A stretch of DNA of 64,000 nt. It comes from Antedon mediterranea. Lineage: Eukaryota; Animalia; Echinodermata. The notes beneath the pieces were generated by a model. It saw only the letters and a program-made list of their open reading frames with translations. It was not told where the DNA came from and did no database searches. The DNA is taken from NCBI RefSeq assembly GCF_964355755.1, contig NC_092676.1:13720871-13784870 (forward strand), read 5' to 3'. A program made the translations under genes and the position numbers. Below, in pieces: positions 1 through 11,400 of the stretch. Position 1 is the first letter of the stretch; the number at the start of each line of letters is the position of its first letter.

Positions 1-280
1 CATGCGCTACGCACGTAATTGTATTGCCATATGATTCATGCCCTGAAATTTATGAGTACCAAATTTTATTTAATTGTGATTCATGGTTGTGAAGATATGA
101 TTACAAACGTGATTTCGTTAAATCGTGCGTAGACCGCGTAATTTTTTATTGCGCACCGTGAAAACATAACCACATCGATTCCTGGCCATAAGGAATATTC
201 TGCGAAAAATTGACTTAGCTAGATTAAACTGATATCAAGATAAGGTCAGAAAGCGATAAAACGCATAGTGATACCGGACC

Positions 281-311
<31 letters not shown>

Positions 312-360
312 CAACCGACCGACATAGTGAACTATAGAGTCGCGTCCACGCGAATAAAAA
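1..360 (-). mobile_element. Partial non-autonomous Helentron/HINE-like element (family D) with (GTCT)n microsatellite
   Basis: Reverse complement of about 62966-63322; terminal cgcgtg...cgactct inverted motif. Confidence 0.75.
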
Positions 361-539
361 CACCAAAAAGGGATCGCTATAAAATATATATTTAGATACA
401 TTGACGACATCTTCATGATCTGGACCCATGGTGGAGATAATTTGGAATTTTTTCTTCTCAAGATTAATTCAGACCACCCAACTATCAAATTTACAGTTAC
501 CAAATCCACTAGTAGCGTTGATTTTGTGGACACTATAGT

Positions 540-813
540 AGGGAGGTTTCGCAACCTTACGAATACGATAACGAAAACGGATACGTCACACATTTGTGAA
601 ACTTTTGAGCTGATCCCCATTTCATATTCGTAAAGCGTATTCGTGTTGACGAATATCACCAGTCATATTCGTAACTACAAAACGAGTATTTTGGACGGCG
701 CCCTCAATATTTCGTTCCCATGCGAAACAGATTTTTACTGGCTTACGAAAACGAATACGTGTGCGTGATGTATCCGTTTTCGTTATCGTATTCGTAAGAT
801 TGCGAACCTCTCT
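540..813. mobile_element. MITE (PIF/Harbinger-group-like) inserted in the Penelope RT
   Basis: About 50-bp TIR AGGGAGGTTTCGCAACCTTACGAATACGATAACGAAAACGGATAC; 3-bp TSD AGT; removing it restores the reading DTIVTIENG. Confidence 0.88.
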
Positions 814-1960
814 AGTGACCATAGAAAATGGTACAGTACTCTAAAAACTGACCTATTCCGTAAACCCACGGATAAAAATATGTACCTGCTCCCTTGTCAT
901 CCCCAACACTGTACTAAAAACATACCGAACATGCAGTAAAGCATTACGTATCAGACGTATCTGTTCTTCAGATTTAGATTTTCGAAGAACTAACCGGACA
1001 TCTCCGGAATAGAAATTACAAGAAGGAATACATCGAAACTACTATAAAGAAAGCAAAAGATATTCCTCGATTTCAAACACTGACGTACAAACCACGTCAG
1101 CAAAGTTCGACCAGAGTGCCATTGGTCACAACCTATCACCCTAGGTTGCCTCCATTACGGGCTATTAAATTGAGAAACATATGCCAATTCTACAGTCCAC
1201 AGAACGTCTCATGACTGTTTTTCCGGAACCACTCATTATTGCATTTCGTAGACCTCCCAACCTTCGTGATATATTAGTCAGATCCAAATTTAAGAGTGAA
1301 ATTAACTCTCATGACAGTCAAAATTTGGGCAGTCACCTTTGCGGCAAATCTTGCCAAACTTGTTCATTGGTTGATTCTACTGAAAAATTTAGAGTAACCA
1401 AACTGGCCGCATTTTTCGGATAAGACAATCAATATTGTCTAACCAAAAACGTCATTTATCTCATATACTGTAATATTTGTGGCAAACAGTACGTCGGAGA
1501 AACAAAAAACACACTCCGTATGAGAATGACACAACACAGATCAGCTATCAAAACATTAAAGCTTGATCAACCTGTAGCCGAACATTTTAATTCAGCTGGT
1601 CACTCGATTGCAAATTTCAGAGTTATGGCAATATTCCATGATGTCAAATGGAGCGACAAAACTCGCAAAGACAAGGAAAACCACAAAACATTTTGTACTT
1701 AACATTAGAAACATACTCCCAGGTTGGTAAAATTATTCCATTGTCTACCAAAATTTAAGTTTCAATATTAACCACCATTTAAGCTGTTTTTTTTAGTTTC
1801 ATTCCAAAATTGTTTATACTGTATCTCTACCAAGCTACCTTCTTTCTACTCTTATTCAGACTCCACCCTGTCTCTCCTTTTGTTGTATTTCTTTTATTCC
1901 TGTCCACCCAGGCAGCACTTGCCAGTTCTTATACTATGAAGTTATCCAAATTCCTTCACT

Positions 1961-2000
1961 TGCAATGATGAAGGGCTAGTGTTGCCCGAAAGCTCTGCTA
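1961..2000 (+). ncRNA. Degenerate minimal type I hammerhead ribozyme of the Penelope element
   Basis: tgca-aTGATGA-a-GGGC tagtgtt GCCC-GAAA-gc-TC-tgc; the first C of the CUGANGA core is replaced by A. Confidence 0.65.
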
Positions 2001-2529
2001 ACGTTTCTGGCTGTTTTACTTTATCCTTTTGATTTAGCTTTTCACTTTTTTTTTTGTATCTCCATTGAGATTCAGCCACTGATACCCACAGCATTGTCAT
2101 TTTTTCAGTTATTTGCCTTTGGATTTATATAATATATAAATATATATAGAGGATTAAGATTATAATATACAGCATTTAAAATTACCAACTATTAATTAAT
2201 CAAATCACTTTTGATTAAGTTACTACAATCCTGAATTTGATTAAGGTGATTACTAAGCTTTCTCTTAAAATAGGTCGCAAGAGTTACAGACGAATGTATC
2301 TTTGACATTCAAATTAAAAGGCAAGGAATTCCAGATCCTCACAAATCTAGCAGGAATGCTAAATTTACCCAAATCCGTACTTGTTTATATTTGGCTTATA
2401 TAAGTTTGAAGTGAAACTCTTAAACTATTTTTCCCTTTAAAATAATAATTTTCAATTGTTTTGTGTTAGTTCGATTAAAGTTAAACTTTATTCAATTAAA
2501 CATGTTGTTTTAGGTGTTTTTCTTTTGCT

Positions 2530-2925
2530 GTTGGTGGTATCTACAATATCTAAGCTAGGCCATACTCGGGGTAAATGGGGTCTTTAGTCGAACTTTAGAG
2601 GGGTCTGCCAGGGCCAAGGCAGTGTACAGATAGTCTGAAATAGGTCATTTGGTATTGCTTACCATGTGCTAAATCATATAACATTGGTTGCTGGTGGTAT
2701 CTACAATATCTAAGCTGGGATAGTTGGGGAAAGGGTCTCTAGTCTAACTTTAGAGGGGTCTGCCAGGGCCAAGGCAGTGTACAGATAGTCTGTAATAGGT
2801 CATTTGGTATTGCTTATAATGTGCTAAATCATATAACATTGGTTGCTGCTGGTATCTACAATATCTAAGCTGGGCTAGTTGGGGGAAGGGGGGGGGGGGT
2901 CTCTAGTCTAACTTTAGGGTGTCTG
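2530..2925. repeat. Tandem repeat, about 157-bp unit, about 2.5 copies
   Basis: ggtatctacaatatctaagct recurs near 2536, 2696 and 2851; more diverged echoes continue to about 3370. Confidence 0.85.
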
Positions 2926-3264
2926 GCACTTGCGGTGCAGCAGACAATTAGTCTGTTGTTATCCATTTAGTATTGTATGAACACAACTTGTTCATTTGGC
3001 ATTAATTTTGAGTGGTACCTCACTCATCTATGCTAACCCCATTTTAGGCCCTCCCTCGGGTGGTCTGGCGGGCCTTTTGCAGCAGAGAAAAAGTCTGTCG
3101 TTTGTGATACTGGTATAAGGATGCCAATGGGCATCCCATGGTGGTAAAATTAGGTGGTATCTCTCTCATCTAACCTGGGCCGATTTTTTAGCACGTTTCG
3201 GGGTACCCCCGGTCTAGACGCAGCAGGGGGTACCCGGCAGACTCCCATTTTCATTGACTTCAAG

Positions 3265-3307
3265 CATGGAACTATAATATAAGATTATATAATATTATAG
3301 TTCCATG
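3265..3307. mobile_element. 43-bp miniature TIR element
   Basis: 16-bp TIR CATGGAACTATAATAT flanked by a 7-bp direct repeat CTTCAAG. Confidence 0.75.
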
Positions 3308-3839
3308 CTTCAAGTGACCCCCAACAAACTTAAATAGTCAGATATTGGTACCTAGCTCATCTAACCAAATGTCTCTGGGCTGCCGGTCTATAGCCTAATT
3401 TAGATCAAAAAGGCATTTTAAATTAACTTTAGCTCGTTTTTTTAGGATTTTGATTAATTAATGGGAACAACTCTACCAGACGTGGAATCGTTGGAAAAAA
3501 CGTAATTAGCGTGGATGATTTCTAGCTGCCTGTCGAAGTTTCGTATTGCTGTCTTCCAGGCCTCCCTATAGGCGCAGCCTGTTGTGTTAGTATTATGCTA
3601 GGCCTAGGCGTTTTAGGCTTGCTAGGCCTAGGATTGTTTGATCGTTTGTTGACATAATTAACACTAACAAGTAGGTGTATTTATAAAATCCATATAAATA
3701 ATAATACTATCTAATATAATTATTAAAAACCAAATGTTACGGTTTTAATCATTGTGAATCAAATGTAAGCCTTGGCTAGGCCTACTTTTTTAACCTTTCA
3801 TCATTCACCTCATGCCATTATTTGTACCATTACACTCAT

Positions 3840-4190
3840 AAAAATTCATTATTTGTATACCATACGACTCCGGATTATTGCATCTCATAAAGTAATCTAA
3901 TTTCGTTATCTAAATTTATTAAAAATTTAAATACACTAATTTACTTTATTGTTTGTTTATTAAAGCTTTTGTGCTAATATTTAAAATTACATTTTAAAAT
4001 GTTTGAATGAAAAAAAATAAATAAAAATTCATTATTGTATACCATACCACTCCGGATTATTGCATCTTATAAAGTAATCTAATTTCGTTATCTAAATTTA
4101 TTAAAAATTAAAATACACTAATTTACTTTTGTTTATTAAAGCTTTTGTGCTAACATTTAAAATTACATTTTAATATGTTTGAATGAAAAC
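3840..4190. repeat. Tandem duplication, about 185 bp x2
   Basis: ctccggattattgcatct...tgtttgaatgaaaa occurs twice. Confidence 0.85.
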
Positions 4191-4258
4191 AAAAATGTAA
4201 CAAATTAATGATACTGTGCAAATTGTAACTAATAAAAAAATACATGACCCAAAATAAA

Positions 4259-6777
4259 CTAGGAAGCCACTCAGAGAGTGCATACCTCCGCCTACTGTAA
4301 AATTTTCCTACATAAGATTTCTCCGGGAAAAAATATATATATTATTTGTGTGTGTCTTAATGCTGTTTGTGATTTAGGCTCATTTCACTATAAGCATGTA
4401 TGCGAGTTTGGCGTAATGGTTTATGTAACAAGCCTTTCAATTAACAATAGCTTCAGTTGACTAACAATAGAACAGCAACGCGAAAACCAAACGAGTGAAT
4501 TTGAAAAGAAATAGGTTTTTTAAACTACTCGCATCAAAAAAGTGCACATTAAATCAAATTATGTTTTAAAATTACAAATCACAAATTATAACTCTTGCCT
4601 CTTGTACAAAAATGAAGTTTTTTGGACAAGTAGTTCTCGAGAAAATGCAATTTTAGTAGTTTACTTGTTAATTTAAGACTGCTCACCGGATTTTGATAAT
4701 TCTGTCCAATCTTTTAACACTAGCAGGTATGAACATAATTTTTAAAAGTGGTCCAGAATTGGGACCGTGGTCCAGATTTTAACCAAAATTGGGCAGTGTC
4801 GTCCTTGCACCAGGTGACATGTATGGTAGTAATTTGGAGTCATTCGAATCAAAACTGTGAGCGCTAGAGTGATGACAAACAAACAAACAAACTAGCCTTC
4901 GCGCATAGCGCGATACTTGGCCAAATCAAAATTGGCCTCCTGACATTGACCCAATTTGCACCAAAAGTGTGTGTCTTATGCTGTGTGATTTAGGCTAATT
5001 TCACTACTATCATGTGTATACGAGTTTGGTGTACAGGTTATGTAACCAGCCTTTCAACGAACAATAGCTTCAGTCGGCTAACAATAGAACAGCACGCGGA
5101 AAAAACACACGGGTGAATTTGAAAAGAAATAGGTTTTGTAAACTACTCGCATCAAAAAACCTGTACATTAAATCTAATTCAGTTTTAAAATTACAAATCA
5201 CAAATTATAACACTTGCCTCTTGTACAATAATGAAGTTTTTTGGACAAGTAGTTCCCGAGAAAATGCAATTTAAGTTTACTTGTTAATTTAAGACTGCTC
5301 ACCGGCTTTTGATAATTCTGTCCTATCTTTTAACACTAGCAGGTCTGAAAATAATTTTTAAAAGTGGTCCAGAATTGGGACCGTGGTCCGGATTTTAACC
5401 AAAATTGGGCAGTGTCGTCCTTGCACCAGGTAACATGTATGGTAGTAATTTGGAGTCATTCGAATCAAAACTGTGAGCGCTAGAGTGATGACAAACAAAC
5501 AAACAAACACACAAACCGCACCAATCAACATACTTGGCCAATTTTCAATTTGGCCAAGTAACAAACAAACACACACACAAACCGCACCAATCAACATACT
5601 TGGCCAATTTTCAATTTGGCCAAGTAACAAACAAACAAACACACACACAAACCGCACCAATCAACATACTTGGCCAATTTTCAATTTGGCCAAGTAACAA
5701 ACACACAAACCGCACCAATCAACATACTTGGCCAATTTTCAATTTGGCCAAGTAACAAACACACACAAACCAAACAGATCAACATACTTGGCCAATTTTC
5801 AATTTGGCCAAGTAACAAACAAACAAACAAACACACACACAAACCGCACCAATCAACATACTTGGCCAATTTTCAATTTGGCCAAGTAACAAACACACAA
5901 ACCAAACAGATCAACATACTTGGCCAATTTTCAATTTGGCCAAGTAACAAACACACACACAAACCAAACAGATCAACATACTTGGCCAATTTTCAATTTG
6001 GCCAAGTAACTAGCCCTCGATCGCGCATAGCGCGATACTTGGCCAAATCAAAATTGGCCTCCTAAACACACTTGACCCGATTTTCACCAAAAGTGTGTGT
6101 CTTAATGCTGTGTGATTTAGGCTAATTTCACTACAATCCTGTGTATACGAGTTTAGTGTACAGATTATGTAACCAGCCTTTCAACAAACAATAGCTTCAG
6201 TCGGCTAACAATAGAACAGCAACGCGAAAAACACACGGGTGAATTTGAAAAGAAATAGGTTTTGTAAACTACTCGCATCAAAAAACCTCTATATTAAATC
6301 TAATTAAGTTTTAAAATTACAAATCACAAATTATAACTCTTGCCTCTTGTACAAAAATGAAGTTTTTTGGACAAGTAGTTCTCGAGAAAATGCAATTTAA
6401 CTTTACTTGTTAATTTAAGACTGCTCACCGGCTTTTGATAATTCTGTCCTATCTTTTAACACTAGCAGGTCTGAAAATAATTTTTAAAAGTGGTCCAGAA
6501 TTGGAACCGTGGTCCGGATTTTAACCAAAATTGGGCGGTGTCGTCCTTGCACCAGGTGACGTGAGCGCTAGAGTGATGACAAACAAAACGAACAAACAAA
6601 CACACAAACCAAACAGATCAACATACTTGGCCAATTTTCAATTTGGCCAAGTAACAAACACACAAACCAAACAGATCAACATACTTGGCCAATTTTCAAT
6701 TTGGCCAAGTAACAAACAGACAGACAGACAAACAAACCCACGCGACCGATTACATATACCTCCTTGGCGGAGGTAAA
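4259..6777 (-). mobile_element. Nested HINE-like cluster: outer element W (body 4259-4890, cap about 6740-6777) containing elements X1 (from 4892) and X2 (from 6010)
   Basis: Three copies of the same approximately 600-bp body. CTAG plus hairpin 3' ends. Sub-terminal repeats TACCTCCGCC (W) and TACTTGGCCAAAT (X). (CAAA)n microsatellite. Confidence 0.8.
5520..6010. repeat. Array of 8 palindromic 37-bp element caps (2 more at 6619-6713)
   Basis: CAACATACTTGGCCAATTTTCAATTTGGCCAAGTAAC separated by variable AAAC/AC microsatellite linkers. Confidence 0.9.
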
Positions 6778-8305
6778 TAATTTGCTTAATAATCATTATT
6801 ATCATTATAGTAAAAAATAAAATAAAATACAAACACATTAATATAGTTCTAATAATAATAACAATACAGTCTTCTTCTTTGTATAATACAATTCCGTTGA
6901 GTGTGGCGATCTACTGAGCAACAACATTGAGAATTATACTTATAGATTGTGTGTAAGATACTGTAATCCTTTCAAAATGTTGATATCTAATAAACATTGA
7001 AAGTTCATGTGAAATTGTTGATGTGGGCTATGCCAGGTATGTTTACAAAACAAGTCTTCCTTTTTTAAGGCAAATCCAATATATAAATTTCTAGATTGCT
7101 TGGACGCAGATTAGATCGATCATTCATACATATTCTTATTATTATACTGTGTATATATATATATATATATACTCAGGTTGAAATTTTCAGACCGTTTGGA
7201 TAGAGTGCTCCAATTTATATATTACTATAGTTTATATTATCTGATATTAAACATAATTTTTAATTACACAATACGCCATATATGGCTTGGAAAACAATTT
7301 GAGAATTGTGTCCTGCAGTAAATTTAATTTAAAAAGAAAAATGTCTTTAAATGTATTTGTTCGTAATTTACAAAGCTAATTTAATTAACATTTTTATCCT
7401 CACAACCTGCAATTATATGCTTGTGAAATTTGTCTTATAAGTAGGTATAGAAGATATGAAAATATCCTATTTAAAATATACAATAAAATAATGACAATTT
7501 TTTTAATAAATTAAACTTTTCATTAATTATCATAAAACCGGTTTCCCCTAAAAGTAATTTACAGTGTAATTATTTTTTTTCTTATTTTACAACTTCAATA
7601 AACTAAGGTTTGAACATTTTGTAAAAAATAATTAATTACCAGAGATGGTAGGATAAACATACATTAAATATCACTAGTACTTTATGAAAAGAAAATACAA
7701 TTCAAAAAGTTGAATGAAAATATTCTGAAAAATTAAATTACATGATTCTCTTTACTTTAAAATTGTAAATGTAATTGTATGTTGTATAATTTGTAAAATA
7801 TATAAATTAGATTTTGATTGATGAAAGGTCAGTACAAAACAATATCATTAACCCTCATTAACTAATTTGGTTGTGTTTTTGTTACAAGGTAAATACAATA
7901 AAACAGAATCATGTAGCAACACCTAATGAAAACCCATTTGTATTTGTGTTTTAATAAAACTAGATTTATATTGGGTACCAAACTATCAACAATTCCAATC
8001 TGTTTCATTGCACTGTGACTTGTTCTTTTGGAATATTTGTGAAGATTTATATTGTCTATGATTACATAATTTTAAGGTCTATAACTAAGAGACTCTTTAA
8101 TAGAAATGTTAAAATACAATTATGTAACAAACACATTTTCTATTATTATGAATGTGTACACAGCAATTAAAATATGATGTTTAATCTGTAGCGCTAAATG
8201 CTAATTCCTAGCCAAATCTATTGCTTACAAATCAGCTCGGTTGAGGTTTTTCAGTCAAACTTGACCAGCACTTATTTGTTAACCTTTATCTCTTCATTTC
8301 ATAAT

Positions 8306-8439
8306 CTAATCATCATATTCATTGATTAGGAACTGATACACAAAAGAAGCCTTCTTCCTTGCCACACTTAAAGATGTTCTTGCAGATTTATCATTACTTG
8401 CATTTGGATTTCTCAAAAAGAGACCACCAAACATAGTTG
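8306..8439 (-). CDS. OCRL: OCRL last coding exon: (S)[11 protein letters not shown]...[12 protein letters not shown]
   Basis: atcag acceptor; TAG stop at 8306-8308. Confidence 0.92.
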
Positions 8440-11400
8440 CTGATATTAAAAAGAAAGATAAAAATAAGTCACTGATAACATTTTTTTAAACATTTTCTTC
8501 ACAATTCAATATTTTTAAACCTTTTTTTTTATTAGGTGGGGTGGTTGTCTATATTCGAACAGGGCTGGTATTGGAATATATATATATATATTAAATATTT
8601 AAACAGTGTACTTATTGGTACAGGGCGTGCACAATAAAAAAAAAGCTGGTATAAACAGGATGAACATTCAAACAGGGCTGGTGTTAAAATAGGGTGTACA
8701 GTATATTTAAACAATGGCACAGGGCACACATTGAAGCTTAAATTATATTTAAATGATACATACATAATGTCTTTGCATCTAGTTTGTTATCATCTGAATT
8801 AAAGAGAAGTTCCCTGATGAATGCTGTTAAGTACTTGAATACATTTTTATGACAAGGAGGAATCATTGCCAATACCTACAAATAAACAATTAAAATATAG
8901 AGGTTTAATAACTGAAGTTGAGAAAGTAAGTATAATAATAAAAAAGCTGGATTTGAGTTTATTTAAGTGAAGATATTAAAAATGTGAACACTGTCTCTCT
9001 TTTTAAGAAACGGTAAACTCATAACTTCATGTAGCTTAATTAAAGTGTATTCAATGTAGTGTATTATTCAATTTTGTAGTTAGTAAGTGTATCATTGTTT
9101 TATTTTATTCCATTGTAATTGTTTTTTTTATCTGCTTTAATAGTCTTTTAAATTTGTTTTTTTGGTGTTTTCTATTGAGCACGGCCTTACTAAAAAACAG
9201 CTTTCAGTTGAGTTAACTGTCCGTGAATACGTACCGCAGGATTATAATACATTGTCGTTTACAGAAATGAATAAATAGACACAATGATATATGTAGTCAA
9301 TTAAAATTAGGTCCCTGGGAATTACAAAATGAGTCTAAATTTTTGATTTTGACTCATTTAAACAAACCCAATTTGTGTTTTGTAGTAACATTAGGGTTGA
9401 GGGATGGGGAAGAGGAAGGGGTACAAAGAGGAACAATTTTTAAATATATTCTTTATCCACTCAGTAACGAAATATTTTTTCATGTTTTATAGGCCTATAA
9501 ATATACCACTAAATACAGAAAAACATTTGCGATTTAATACTTTGTTAATACTGTCCCCATCATAGATGTGGAAATGTGACCGAAATGTTTCATCGCTGTA
9601 ATGTTAAAAAGGCGACCATGGGCACGGTTTTGTACCTAGATTCTGCGATCAACAAGCGGGTATTTTTCAAGATGAACATCCACTAGACAGTGTATACCAC
9701 ATCGTACAACACCCCTATTTGGGGCAAATCGTTGAACCTAAATTCGTTTTAATTGTCAATAACTAATTATCTAACTCAATTTAATTAGTAAACAGGGTTA
9801 CATCAGGTGGTTAAAATCAGTACAGAAAGTACGAACCAACTTTATATACCACCGAGTAAACATTCTAGAAATTTTGCCCTTACATAAATTTATATATAGA
9901 TTATGCTGTACCATTTTCACATTATAGAAAAATAATCTCACAGGAATATGTTACTAGCTATCCCTAGCCCAAAACAAATAAAAAAAAGTGGGTTTTGGGG
10001 CCGATTTATCCCGGATGGCTTCACTCCAGTCAAACGTTTGTATTCTAATAGTGACACTTCGGTAAGGTAATTTAAAGCTCAGGTACAGGCATGAATTTTA
10101 AATATAATATCTGGTTAATTGTACATAAATTAAATATTTGTAACAGAAATCAAGACAAAAAACATGAATTTCCCTTAATATGGTCAAATACAAAATTTGG
10201 AAAAATTCTGCCATAAAAACCAGGAAGACTTTTTTTCAGTAGTTAGGTAGTTAGTTTAACCTAATGTAATAACATGTCTGGTGACTCCCTAGAAGGTGAA
10301 AAAAGGTGGTGGATATACGGTGGATAATTTTTGCTATGGCATGAAAATATAAATCTGAAGTTGAATAAAAATACCAGAAATGTAAAATTCAAGTTATACT
10401 GTATTACCTATATTTAGTCACCCTTTATTTTTCATAGCTTTTTAAAACACCTCTCTATTTACAAAATTTGTGTACAAAAGAATAGAGATTTTACTGTGTA
10501 ATTTGAACTGATAAGTGCTTATTTTAAACAAGCTTGTGTAACTCAAATAAAATCCCAAAAATTATGAAACATATGGGAAACTATAGATCAATAATTATTG
10601 GAATGTATGATCAATAGAAATTTTTTGCCCGCACCTGGCCTTTAAACTAGGACCCAGAACATGTGTGTCAGATACATTCTCAAAGTTCATTCTAAATTCT
10701 ATAAATCTACAATACAATTTCAATTTATGCTGGATGCCCAATTAAAAAAAGTAATTGATTTACCTGCTTGCACAGAATGAAGTTGTTTGAGCTATCAAGA
10801 CATTTTTGGTAATACTTATATGGAATTACAGGTTCACGCAATGATTCCAGGAACAACATCAATGTTTCTGCTACAGAATGAATACTTCCAGCTAAAATAA
10901 TTTTTAAGGAAAACTCACAATTAATTTAAATATCTATGCTATGCAGTTTTTTATGTATGTTATGAGTCAATTATAATTGTTTGTGTGCATAAAAAACATT
11001 TGAATTAATAAAATCTTAAATAAGATGAGATGATAATAATAATAATAATCTTTATTGGAATAACGACACCTTTGTAACGGTGGCAAACGGTGCATCCAAG
11101 AACATGAAAACAAAATTTTAAAAAGACAATAAATATACAAAAGTAAATGAAAAGTAAAAAAAAAATAAATTTAAAAAAATAAATAATTATGTACTGTAAG
11201 ATTAAACTTATAAAGAACACAACAACGCAAAAATTACTTATGGCATCGAGTCATCAATCAATAAAGATGATCGTTTTTTCCATAGCATTTTACAAATGAT
11301 TTACAAAATGTGTTTATTTGAGCACTCCTGATTATTGCACATTAGTAACCAAATAAATTATTATTATTATTAGTTAAAAAGAATAATCTTTCTTGATTTT

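Larger units (their letters stand above)
380..2130 (+). mobile_element. Degenerate, 5'-truncated Penelope-like retroelement (RT C-terminus plus GIY-YIG endonuclease)
   Basis: FRYIDDIFMIW...HPTIKFT, KPTD, ALRIRRICSS, VIYLIYCNICGKQYVGET...RMTQHR...PVAEHFN; several frameshifts. Confidence 0.9.

Noticed and set aside
5520-6010. CRISPR array (37-bp palindromic repeats with spacers)
   Set aside because: The spacers are near-identical microsatellite, there are no cas genes, the context is eukaryotic, and the repeat matches the sub-terminal repeat of the adjacent elements
5358-6838. Repeat-protein ORFs on both strands
   Set aside because: They are translations of the cap array and microsatellite
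6800-8305. OCRL polyadenylation site
   Set aside because: Several ATTAAA-like hexamers occur in very AT-rich sequence and none can be singled out
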